From Xylographa opegraphella (lineage: Eukaryota), in assembly GCA_022813865.1 (NCBI GenBank), contig JALDZX010000072.1:1-64000 (forward strand): DNA of 64,000 nt, read 5' to 3'. Below, piece after piece: positions 37,282 through 49,076 of the stretch. How positions within the stretch are numbered: position 1 is the stretch's first letter; each line of letters begins with the position of its first letter. Made by a program: the position numbers and the translations under genes. Under the pieces are notes generated by a model. That model made no database searches. It was given only the letters and a program-made list of their open reading frames with translations, and had not been told where the DNA came from.

Positions 37282-40200
37282 AATTTGTTCCAAGGGTGAG
37301 AGAGCTTTTGTTACGTTAGGTGTGATTTGAGTGATGATGAGATGAAATAATAGATGGGTTATTGCGGAATGAGGCTCTCCACGGAGTGAGGCAAGAAGGC
37401 AATCAGGCTCCCATGGGTCTTACCAGAGTAACTTTGCACATATTGTTTGACGTTGAATATTTGACACTTGGGGGTTCCAGAAAGTGCATAGGTCTTGGAG
37501 CCGATTCAAGAGTCCAGGCTTCATCCTGATGGTCCGCTGTGAGGCCGCGAGGTCCCTTTGATCATGTGTTTACCCATGTACTCGGGTGCACGGCGACTCC
37601 AGCTTTCAAGCAAGGCCGGTACGAAATAGATAAGCTAAAGCTGCATCATGATAAATTGCTTGTGCGGATTTGGGGTTTTGAGTATGGGGTTTGGGGTTTG
37701 AGCGCGCAGACTCCACCACAAGTTTGGGCCATGCATGCTCAGTGGTTTCATGCAGCCAGCAAGAGCGGCTATAGAGGATGCGTCCCGAGTAAGATGCCCA
37801 GGGTTTAAGGTTGCCTTCCGGGCTGTGCCGTTGGTCCTTGTGGCTACATACCAACGATGGGACATGGGACTTTCGCGCTGCACGGTCTGCATATTCGGCA
37901 GCCTAGGAACACACTGAGCTTTTTGCAATCATCAATAGTCACAGGCGAAGCGGATATAATGCAAACCGACTCTATCCAGATGCGGGAACGATGAACCGCA
38001 CTACTCCAATGATATTAAATTTCGTTCTTTGGTATCGCACAATGTGGACAACGCCGGAGTGGTGTGGAAAGACTTTAAGATCAGTGACACAAAGCATATC
38101 CAGGGATATCCTTGTTCAACGGCGGACTTCGTTCATGCAGTCAGAACGAAACTGCGATGCTTCTCTTCCCATAGACTATCGTGTTAGCATCCTTGTCAAG
38201 CTGAACTATAATCTAGCTATCTCCAGCACTTGGACCTCTTCGATTAAGATTCTTTGTGGGGACGAAAGTATGTGTATCCCACCTGTCACTCCTCCGGCAG
38301 ACGGCTCTCCTGTATACGCAGCGCTCGGGGTCCTGAATGATGATTGGTGCTGTTGTTCCTTACCGCTGTCAGATAGCGCTGTGACCCACTTTGGGATATG
38401 GTTACTGTTCGGCTGCGCTGTTAAACAGTGTTTATTTCATGATCGTAGTATACTTTTGAGATATCTCTTGGCAGAAACCGTGCGGATAGTGTCACTTTGT
38501 CGTAGCAAGCGTAGCAGCCAAGCTCCATGTAGCAATTCTGAAGCATTATTTTCACTATAAAGAGTCCTTGTTCCAGTTGGGAGGATATGGCGCCTCATGA
38601 ACTCGTATGGACTTTGTTACTTCCAACATCTGAACGCTCCTAGTGCAGTGTATTTGAACTGCTGCCAAAATGCCGTATGTCTCTTGCAATCCAGAAGTAC
38701 TCTCTTGCTCCTACAAAGCTGTGCTTATGTGTACTCGGCCTATAGAGACAAGAATGCTGGCCCAATAGTTTCACGACCTTCAGGCTCCGGATCCAATAAG
38801 CATACCTCGTACCCAGTTCAACAATACCTCAAGCGTAATGATGATAACTCGGCTCCTGTTACCCATCCTATAAGGTCAGACCCAAATGCAAAGTCTCAAG
38901 ACATGGCCAACCACTTGAGGAATGGGAGGACCATTGGCAATCCATGAGCAAGAAGGATAACGCAGCAAGAGGTATACCATACTGAACCTATGTTTTGACA
39001 GTAGCTTGTTACTGACCCAACATACAGACCACAAGCTCTGATTTTCTGGTTCTCTGGTTGAATTTGGCGTTTGGTTCAGGTGTAGCAAGGCATTCGGGGA
39101 ACCGGTACAGGTCTTTATAGTTATGTCACGTATCGGGACTTATTCCATTAACCTCTGCCTGGAAAAAGGTTTTCCATAGGTACGATAGTCCAATCTCAAT
39201 CGAAATGATACCTTCAGCAATTTGCAAATAGACGAAGCTCCAGAATGTTGACACCTTCTCCACTCAACCAGAGAGAACACGAAGTGAAAAAAAATCTTTT
39301 TGCTGGAACTCGGGCACTTTAACCCAGCTCCGCCGACAATCACTCGGAACGACCTCAACGAGGGAGAAGAAGACAATGACAATCGTTTACATGACTGAGA
39401 TCTATAGAGTGATTACAAACATTATATATACACTATGATCACCCGAACACCGAATCCATGATAAACAAACCTACAAAGTCATATCAAGGCAATTCCAACA
39501 AAAACTTCGAGTGGTCGTCGTCGTAATGAGGGAATCAAAGATGGCTTTTTGGATATCGCAGAGATGGCAATATCCTTTTGCTTCTGCCTGTGGTGAGATT
39601 CGAGCAATGAAGATCAAGTTTGATGATATGAGGCACATGGATGGCCGAGAAAAAAGAAGCTTGGTGACTACGATGAAGAAAGAATTTAAACCCTGGTTGA
39701 AGACTTCCGCTTCCAAAAAAAAGGGACCGGCAAGCCCTACGACACTACATTATCCTACATAGGACTAGTGCAAGCAGCGCGCGTGGCCCACCCAATCATA
39801 AGCGCGAATACTCCACAGTCCGAATCCACAATGTCAACATGCGATGGACGTACTGCCCCATTCGCTCTCAAGCCACGGACATACAACCCATCAGGAAAAC
39901 TCAAGCACGCCGTGAACACCTTTGTACACATCACAGCGCCGGGCCTCAAAAACCAGCAACAATCCGAATATCGGCTTTTAAATCTAGGATATGAGACACT
40001 AGCGCCCAAGAAACGAAGAAAAACATACATCGCCCGAGAATACAAAGCCCACGCGGTATCGCAGGCATTCAGTCGAGGCTACAGCAAATTCCCCTTTCCC
40101 TTTCTAGTACTCTGTACTTCGTGCGCAGAACACGAAATAAAGATGTGGGGCGAGGCTCCCGGGAACACTGCTGCACGGCCGAAGCATGCACGAGGCGGAA

Positions 40201-40478
40201 GCAGGGAAGATATAGCCACCCTGCGGCCTGGCTTCATCTCAGCCACAGAATCGCAAGAGGGATTTTGAGTAATCCGTAATTGTCCCATGTATGGTTTCAA
40301 TAATAGTACATCACACCTAAAACCTACCAAAGACCTCCAGGCGTCGGGGCAACCTCTATACCATGTACTACCATGATCCTGTTGTTCCCGAGACGAAGTT
40401 CCCAAAACCGAAACACATCCGAGATCCCCTCCGAGGCTAAGGCGCACGACAGACAAATTTTCCCATGGCCAGATGCCT

Positions 40479-42243
40479 TTAAAACCAATCCTCGATATCG
40501 AATCCACCTCCGCCGTCCCCTCCGCCCCCGCCGCTGTCTCCTCCACTCCCCCCGCCGCTTGACCCACCTGATCCCCTGCCCGACTGATCGTACTGCTCAC
40601 CCCACACCTCCTCGTCAGGAAGTTGTTGTTCGCCCGGATACTGTCCTGACGGCGCCTGACCTGCGCCTTGATAGTCTGACTGCCCAGCCGACGGTGACGC
40701 ATCATCGCCAAACGCACCCCGCTGCATAGCTTCGTAGCCCGCCATCGTTCCCATCCCCGCCGCAGCGCCCGTAGCCCCTTCGCCGACCCCAGCGACACCA
40801 CCTCTTGCGACGCCCCCGACCGCCCCCGCTCCAGCTTCCCCAGCTGCCACTCCGCCTGCCTCGCCTGCAGCCGCAGCCCCAGCGGCCTCGCCTCCCATTG
40901 GGAACCAAAGGGGCATGAAGCCTCCGATGCCACTCCGCTTCCGGCTGAAATAGTCGAAATCGATGCTGACGGCTGTTGCGAGCATGACGGCACGCTGGTC
41001 AAGTGACATGCCAAGTCTTGAGTCGTCGTTCGCGGCGAGGCCACGCTCTCCTGTCTTGGAGATGAGGTGTCGGGGTTCTTCGGCCAAGCCGACAGAATCC
41101 ATGCGTAGAGCATACACACCGGTATCGGTGAAGATTTCCCGACCGAAGCCTGCGAAATTGCGATTGACGGAGCCGATCATTTGATCGGAAGAAGATTTGA
41201 GGGAGAAGTCCCAGGAAAGAAAAGGTTCGTTGACGTATGCAAATTGACTGTATCCATGTTCAGAAGCCTCCGGTGGCGTGGAAGATGTTTGTAACTGTGT
41301 AGATGATGAAAGCGGCAACTCGCCTGAGGCTAGCTGTGGTGCCGGTGATAAGTTGTCCTCCCGGTCAGAAGGACGATGGAGAAAAAGATTATATTTCCGT
41401 GCAAGGGGAGCCCACTGCTGTTGAGCTTCGCCAATAATGCGCATCTCCGAAAGAGATAAACTGGATATTTGCGAAGGCAGGTCACTTAGGTTCGTACTCA
41501 AATCCCCTGGAGTAGTCTTCTCCAACGCAGTAGAGGTAGATTGTGATGAAGAGGCGATTTCCAGGGGATCGTAAACTCGTATACGGGAAGATATCCATGA
41601 AAACGGTCGGTGAAACTGGTATCGTGAGCCTCAATTTCCTTTCTAGAATATATTATTGTCATACCCTAAGAACCTCTTTCATTTCTCTATCGAAGACATG
41701 CGTAGTGAAGCTTCGATGCGTCCGAAACGATTGCCTAGCCAACATGTTGCCCATTCCAAACTCCTGCTCCGCCATGTAACCTAAGTGATTCCCTTGTGGA
41801 TCCATAATAGTATATCTGTTTGCTTGCTCGAACCCGAGCATGATATTCATCATCTCTATCTGTCTCTGCACGACTATCGCAGAGTTTGCAAGTATCTTCG
41901 TTGCCGGGTGTTTCTCGTTGAGTATTCCATCAGGATCTTCGGGAATGTGAACCGGTGCGAGAAGGTTGTTGTCTTCGGGCTTGGTATCGTGAAGGGTGTC
42001 TGATACCGTTTCTGGGGATTGCGGTACTGTATCTGGAGGTGTGAGCGTCGCATCTGGGATCGATGCAGGATTTCTAGCATTCTGTGCTTGCGGAAGACGA
42101 GAAGATATAAAGCCCTTGGATGTTGTCCTATGTGCACCACTTTTCGCCCACCTGCCAGGTGGTTTCGTCGCAAATGTGGCTCTTCGTACGCTGATTCTAC
42201 CACATAGCTCACCCACTCGCCATATTGCCGGCCTTAGTATCAT
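40479..42243 (-). CDS. AIM25: mitochondrial phospholipid scramblase-family protein (Aim25); 2 exons
   Basis: IVVQRQIEMMNIMLGFEQANRY, spliced LRFHRPFSWISS, QWAPLARKYNLF, LSWDF, NRNFAGFGREIFTDTG and QRAVMLATAVSIDFDYFSR. Confidence 0.9.
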
Positions 42244-43311
42244 TCTGGAGTGGCTGGAAACGTATGCGCGTGCACAGTAGCTTCAGGAAGTCTGCCACAA
42301 TATCTCCAGGCAATACCTTATTATAGCCGAGGCTATCCAAGCCGAAAGCATTTAGAGTCGATTTACGGAGGTCCGGCCAATAAGAAAAGGGTAAATTATA
42401 CAAGGGTAAAAGAACGATATATATCACATAAATTTTTAGCGAAGAATACGGTTTCCGTGCCTTTGGCCGCTCATAATAGAGTACGCAATCTTGATGAGCA
42501 GTAAATTTAACTACAACGCTCCATATTAGAGAACTGTATCGAGTCAAGCACGTTGTCACACCAGCACTTCGTAGCCCAGCACACTATACTCGAGCATATA
42601 CACATATCCTTCCCTTATTTGACTCTAAACAAGGGCCTTTTACGAATCAATCCTTTGCTAAGCTTTCCGAAAGTCGCAACAAATCCATCACCGAGAAGCT
42701 GTACGACTATGTACCAGCGCACTGCAGATGCATTGAATTTGAACAAGAGACCAAGAACACATCAGCATGTGCATCTCTGTCTGTAGGTCCCAACAAGCGA
42801 GATATTGAGCTTTCCGAAATCGTTGATTGAAGCGCTGTCGATCATCTTATAGTGACTCGCTGAATGATCATGCGACATACACGGTCGGTCATGCATCAGA
42901 CGTCGACCATTCTCTGTTCAACCCCATTCGTCCCGGACACATAATACACACACGACGAGGGGAACATTCTAACCCGAGTTCAAACGTGGAGAAGAACCCT
43001 TGGTGCCTGTGGGGTCTGAAGTAGAGTGTGCTCCAGCGAAAGGTGACAGAATGAGACAAATTTGAGGTGAAGCGCAACGTGTTTGTGTAGTATGAAAAAT
43101 GCTCTTTCAAGAAGTACTTTAAACGTTTCATGATTGGAAGAACAGCTAATATTACATTTCCTTGCATAATTGATTTTAGGGGCAAAGAGCGGCCTGTGAA
43201 GGCCAGCCTTTCAAGCACTGAGAAGAGTTGTTGAATGAGTTGCTGACTTACCTGGAGCTAACTTACCTAGAGTGACCGAAGAAACCCGTTCCTTTTTTCA
43301 ACACTGGCTAT

Positions 43312-43512
43312 TCACCGCTGCCTGTACTGGGGAAAACCGTGTCCTCGTCGATAGCACATGTCGCACTCGTGCTCGAGGATTTTACGGTGGGGCACCACGC
43401 CGGCGCAGCGGCCCGTGCGTAGGTACTCGCTGCAATATTGTTTTTGTTCAGAGCGTAGCAGGGCGTAGCAGATACAGCCGCACCGGAAGAGGACGAGGAC
43501 TTGAATACACAT
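43312..43512 (-). CDS. small Cys-rich protein, 66 aa (MC-x8-CGC...C...C...CxxC), putative Zn-binding
   Basis: ATG in catcATG context, CT-rich leader and TATATAA about 60 nt upstream; 8 Cys in a pattern typical of small fungal proteins. Confidence 0.55.
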   Translation of the reverse strand: MCIQVLVLFRCGCICYALLRSEQKQYCSEYLRTGRCAGVVPHRKILEHECDMCYRRGHGFPQYRQR

Positions 43513-45199
43513 GATGATGGTGTAAGCGTCAACGATGGGAAGAATAGAGGAGAAGAGTGGGTGGGCGGCTTATATATTTACAAAACGAGGGAAGGAACAA
43601 AGAGGGTTTACAGCAACGGACAGAATGGGTCTTGATAGTGTGACAATGCATTCATCTCACGAGCCGATTGTAACTGGGACAGCCGAAGGGCTATTGTCTT
43701 TGTTGAGATAGTGAAGCTCGAAGAATAAAGGCCGTTGTGAACGCAAGAATGATATTGTCGAATAAAAGCACAAGGATATTGAAACAGTGGGCAAAAACGT
43801 ACGATGAAGTAGTCTGTGATAGTAATCAACCCCTTGTGGAAGAGAACGATCTCAAGGACGTAGGTGCAAAACAACCGATGTAAGCAAATGAATTGCATCA
43901 GCCGACTCTTTAATGGCAATGAATCATCGACTCTAATACTGCCAATCTCCTAAAACATTTGGGGAAAGATGAAGGCAATATTAGTCATTCTGAAAAGGAG
44001 TGACCGGTCGAAATTATCAAGAAGATAGAAGACGAACAGCTCCAATTCATGACTCGAGAATATCTTTGCTTTTGAAAACGGTCACTCGGGAAACTCCTCG
44101 CACTCTTAGCATCTAAGCTGCTCACTTCTCATCACTACTGCACCCATTACTCCTCGGTGTATGCACGTACCTACCAACGAGACATGGGGATTATTGCATA
44201 TCGGCCAGCCAGCTCCAGGCCAGCGTGCAGACTCCTTACCTTCCGTCTCCAAAATCCCATGCGTCTCATGAACACCCACCAGCATGTCCGAAGCCATATC
44301 ACGACCCTCTATACCAGCGATGAACAACGAAAACGAGTCTTCAGTCTTCGAAAGCAAGCAGCAGCCACCCACACAGAAACTCTCCCCTACCGGCCGTAGC
44401 CAGTATATCGGCAGGTATGCCACGCCCTCCTCTTTCGATCCCATAGCATGCACGCCTTGTAAAAGCCATCACAGCTGAGAGAACCAGCTGCCAAGCCTGC
44501 CAAGCAGCTGAAGATATCCCAATCGAGCACTTGACAGCGGGCCAGATCGGGGAAATAAATAAATGTGGCTGGCTAGCAGGCGGCTAGTAGGAAGCGGGCT
44601 GGAAACGGTTGGTGGCGTTCGAGCTAAATAGATCAACGACCACGATTTCTTTCCTCGCAGATACTTGCACAAACAAGGCCCACACTGTGCTCTCTGCCGT
44701 GGATTGGTCGCTCTTCAATGAATCCCTCGCTCTATGTCGCGTCTCGTTCTAGTCGGGTACATGTACTGGGAGGGGGGATTCTGCTTGTCTCACTTATCTT
44801 CAGGCCGTGAGCTCGAATGATGAAGGCCTCGCTTGTGATCATAGATTGCTAGAGGTGAATTGACTGAAAGAACTCGGCATCCCTTGTGCGAAAATAGCGG
44901 ATTATGGCTGGCTGGGTGGACTGGGAGTCCGACAGGACCGGATCTACCAGCTTGTTTGAGGATGCCTTGTTACCTTGGAGCTCGAGCTTTCAGGTCGCAT
45001 GATCACTGTTGATAGCTATATTTTCTGCATTACAGCTTATTGAATCATTCATTCATTTGCTCGCAATGTAGTGAATAAGTATAGGTATCTAGTACTGGCA
45101 ACTTACGAGATAAAAGTACTGGAATGATAAAGGTTTGGGAACTATAGGTGATAACCCCATATTTCTGTTTACTACCGTGGGAAATCCATTAAATACAAT

Positions 45200-46853
45200 C
45201 TAGACTCGTACAATCTTACCCGCCAAATTGCCCAAGCCACTATCCTCCGCACCCACCGTATCCACCGCTTTGGGCTCGGTCTTTGGCTCCGTTGACTCCT
45301 TGGCAGGCTTGCCTTCTGGCAACAGCTCCTTGAACAGGAATGGAGCCAGGTACGGCAGCGACCGCGTCTCGTTCACCGCGAGTTCGGGCTTCCGCGTCAC
45401 GGTGTCGACCTCGGCGACGATGCGGTTGAGCATGAACCGTGCGTCCTGGCGCGCCATCTCCAAGCCCGCAATCGTAGGCTCGTACGGCTTCGTGGCGCGG
45501 CGCGGCGGCTTGCCGACCGCAACGAGGGAGGCGTCGTCGTCTTCCGACTCGGTCGCCTCGCCCTTCTCGTTCTTCTGGATGTCGGTCGTCCCGGCTTCTT
45601 TGAGCTTGCGCGCGGCCGGCGATTCGATCAGGATCTCCGTTCCCGTGCTGACGTTGAAGGCTAGCACCTGCAGGTTCTTGGCGATGGTCTTGAAGTCCAG
45701 ATAGGCCTCCTGTAGCACCGTCGTGTACACTCCAGCCTTTTCGAAGTTGGGGTTCAGAGAGCCGGCGTCGGCCTTCATTACTGTATGAAAGCTTCGCAGC
45801 GCCGTGTATTTGGTCAGGATGACGTGTGTGCGCATCGGCGTCTGAGCTACCAGGTCTGGGAACTTGAGCGCCGCGGCACGCATGGTGTCGAGCGTCCAGT
45901 CCTCGTCGGCTATAATACGAAGTCTATCAGCCTCTATTCGTTGAGCCAGGTATCGATAGAGATGTGTGGGAGTTACGTTTTTTGAGATCTTGGCCTCCAC
46001 CGCTCCATGTAACCGATACGGTTGTCTCGTTTTCCTCGAGAAAGCTTTGATCGTCCTTGCCGAAATCGCCCTCTGCTTCCAGTGTGAATTTTTCCTTGGT
46101 GAAGTTGATGGCAGCGCTACAGGTTCGGTCATTAATCTGTAAGTTGATATCAAGATTGCTTCTCAACGCTTACTTGGCTTTAATTTTTGCCGCCTTCCGA
46201 TGATCTTTGGCCTTCACTGAAATAACTGCAGTAAACTCCCCTCCTTCCTGGAAGCCTATGATTCATCCAAATATGTTTAGCCCTTCGAGCTGTAGAAATA
46301 GAGTCAAATAGAGTTTTCAATTGTACCTGAAATATAGCAATCACCATACACCTCAGCAAAATTCCCCGGTCTGATATCGGCAATGGGTTCAAATTTCGTT
46401 AGGGAGTGATCATAAATGACTTGATTGACCACCTTGACCGATATCAGGAAGCTGACGTCGCTCTCTTTGATCTTGGAAGTATTGATGAAATCGCCTTTTC
46501 CTTTTGCGTCAAAGGTATCATACTTGATGGAGAAGGCGGCATTGATCTAAAGAGAAACAGACAATCACTAAGGAAGTAAACACAGTACTTGAATTGACTT
46601 ACATTCATGGCGTTGGTCACGTCCGTAACTTTGTCAATCACAGACGTTTTGTAGGAAACCTCTTGAGCCATGGGGGTACTGGCCACCTTTCCGGCGTTTC
46701 CCTCAGTCGTGCTTCCTCGCACCACAGCATCGTTGATACAAAGTTGTTGAGTGAATGAGTTGAAACCCAGGAAAGGATTCACTATCTGTCAGGACAAACA
46801 GAGTCGGCTAACATACCAGAGCCCAACCGCATAGCACTATTGTACGGAGCCAT
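45200..46853 (-). CDS. MACPF/CDC-like putative pore-forming protein, copy A, about 455 aa, 6 exons (46853-46817, 46781-46603, 46546-46327, 46255-46174, 46116-45977, 45909-45200)
   Basis: Exons splice in frame with GT-AG sites. MAPYNSAMRLG, FNSFTQQLCIND, signature YGDCYISGFQEGG, VTWSGGG and ILTKYTALRSF; clearly paralogous to copy C. Confidence 0.75.
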
Positions 46854-47387
46854 TTTCAATTATAAGAGCAGATATTAGAGCTGGGGTATGGGAAGGAAAA
46901 TATAAAAAGTTCAACGCAAAGGAATTCTTCAAATGCTGAAAGGCAAAGCAGACAGCACTATCTTGTATCAAAACACCCACAACGATAAATATACCTGTGG
47001 TCGTCTATACTGCTCTCGCTCATGGGGTCTGGACCAAGGTACCATAACCATAGTCATAAGCAATGGGCTGTGGTCAGGGATCAATCAAGGATTTATCAGG
47101 AGAATGAGCGGAAACATGAGTCGAGACTCGTGATCGCCATCTGATAGAATGATAAATACATCGTGGCTAAACATTGGAAGCTGAATGTCTGAAAATAGGA
47201 AACGATGAACAAGATATGTTTCCCAATGAGGTGAAGCGCCAGCTAGCGTCGGGGGTGGCTGCTGTAGCCAAGGCGCCTACCGCAGACACATGCTAGTTCC
47301 CAACTCCTTACACCTCCTAGAAGAACCTTAGGTACGCCGACATGCTGGAGAGGTGGATCAATGCTCATTATGGACACTGTCATCTGT

Positions 47388-48415
47388 CTACTCTGCACTA
47401 TAGAAAGCCTCAATATAGTGACGCAAACCTGCATACGGCAGCAGTAGCAGTTCCACCACCATTCCTGCACGGCACACCATCTCGCATTCCTCCCATGAGA
47501 CGGATCTGCGGCCTGCGCCGTCCAGACCCAGCGTTCCAGTCTCTGCGACCACGCGTCTACCCAGTGACCATCCTCGATCCCGGTTCTCCGCAGCCGAATG
47601 CATTATATCGGAGTACGATGCCAATTCCGCCGTCGCCGCGTTCGATTCCCAATTGGTCAAGGTATCGTAGGCCGCTAAGGACGCCTCCCCAATAGCGCTC
47701 CTAGTGCGTTCATGGTTCTCAATGGACTTGGACTTCTCGATAAAGGCAAAGCGGACCGTGTAGGACCCACTGAGATCTGTCGAGGAAGACTCGGACGCGG
47801 CCATTCCGCCCATCATAGTGGCGTTCGAACCGCCTAGAACGTAGGCCGCTACGTAGTATTCACCATACACGTTTGCGAAGGCCTTGAGAGCGTCTTGACC
47901 ATTCTTTGGCGAATGAAGCAGGGAAACAGCATCCGCGGATAGCCTAGGCTCTTGCAAAAAGGTAACTTTGCCGTTTCGATATGTGTTTCGATAGCTGCAC
48001 TTGGCTCGCTGCTGCGGTCTTAGCGGCGTCAGGGATACAATATGGTAGATAGACCTTACGCTGTTGTTACTAGCAACGCTTTTCTCGTATTTCGCTCTTC
48101 CCGAAGCGCCAATGAACGATCCTCCGATCTGCCCTGCGATGCTGATGCCGTATTGGCCGTCTCGGCCACCGCTACGTCGCCCTTGAACACACTCGTGAAA
48201 ACCAGCCTGGTTTGCAGCAAAGATGAAAGTGAGAATGCCGACTTGGAACTGTCGAGGAACTTGCTCTCGACATCTCCCCCACGAGAGACTAATAGAGAAG
48301 TGCCCAGCTTGATGGGTTCCCGGCCCCAGGGCACAATGATAGGGACCTGGCATGTCGCTGCATGTCGTAAACTCGGCACAAAAGGATCTGTCGGGAAGTC
48401 TTCGACTAAACCCAT
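47388..48415 (-). pseudogene. MACPF-like gene, copy B (divergent subfamily), frameshifted near 48135-48155; intron about 48009-48059
   Basis: The N-terminal frame (VPWGREPIKLGT...ETANTAS) and C-terminal frame (ISIAGQIGGSFIGASGRAKYEK...FANVYGEYYVAAYVLGG...VELLLLPYAGLR) differ, and no plausible intron lies at the switch. Confidence 0.65.
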
Positions 48416-48540
48416 TTCTCACCGAGGCCAAAGACAATTATACAACTTTGTCCATCCAGAAGGTTTTCAACGACGTATTCCGTAAATTTATCTTGATGGG
48501 TCGTCAGTGTAAATCATGCTAGATTCGGATAGTGTAGCGC

Positions 48541-48765
48541 GGGCCGCTTGTCCGTGTGCCGTGTGGCTTGCCTGACAGAAGCTGAATGCTCCCAATTTGG
48601 GACAGGAGAAATACACTATCACGGCCAAGTACGCTCATGAGTCGTCGTTGTTAACCATGCTGGAGCTGGACTGAGTACTGCGAGCCGCTTATCTGTTGAG
48701 TTGTGGCTTGCATGGCAGAAGCTGAATCCAATTTGGAACAGTGGAAAGCCACTATCACCGTCAGA
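48541..48765. repeat. imperfect direct repeat (about 85-bp unit, 140-bp period) in the divergent intergenic region between MACPF-like B and C
   Basis: GCCGCTT...TGTGGCTTGC..CAGAAGCTGAAT..CCAATTTGG.ACAG...CACTATCAC at about 48541-48625 and 48681-48765. Confidence 0.8.
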
Positions 48766-49076
48766 TACGGAACCGATGCAAACCAGGAATTGAACAGGAG
48801 ATACGAATGGGATGCTGGAAATAACAGCAGTCCAGGCCCAGCCACGGTCCAGACAATCAAATCGAAAATTCTGCCCATGCAACATCATATTTGCTCTGGA
48901 AACACTCAAATGTGACATTGTTGGTTGTCTGTATTGAGAGTGTGGTGGCATGACTTTTATTGCCCTACCTCGATTTTGGATATATCTCACCATACCCCAG
49001 CCTGTATTCACCCATTATTGAAACTTGTCTTTTAGATTCTTCTCTTTGGTATCTTACACAAGTTGACATATACGTC

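Noticed and set aside
37400..40300. ORFs of 100-190 aa between the coiled-coil gene and AIM25
   Set aside because: No recognisable motif or consistent exon structure; may be a degraded relic but cannot be supported
44106..44672. Short ORFs with a possible GTATGC donor near 44414
   Set aside because: Could not build a convincing spliced gene
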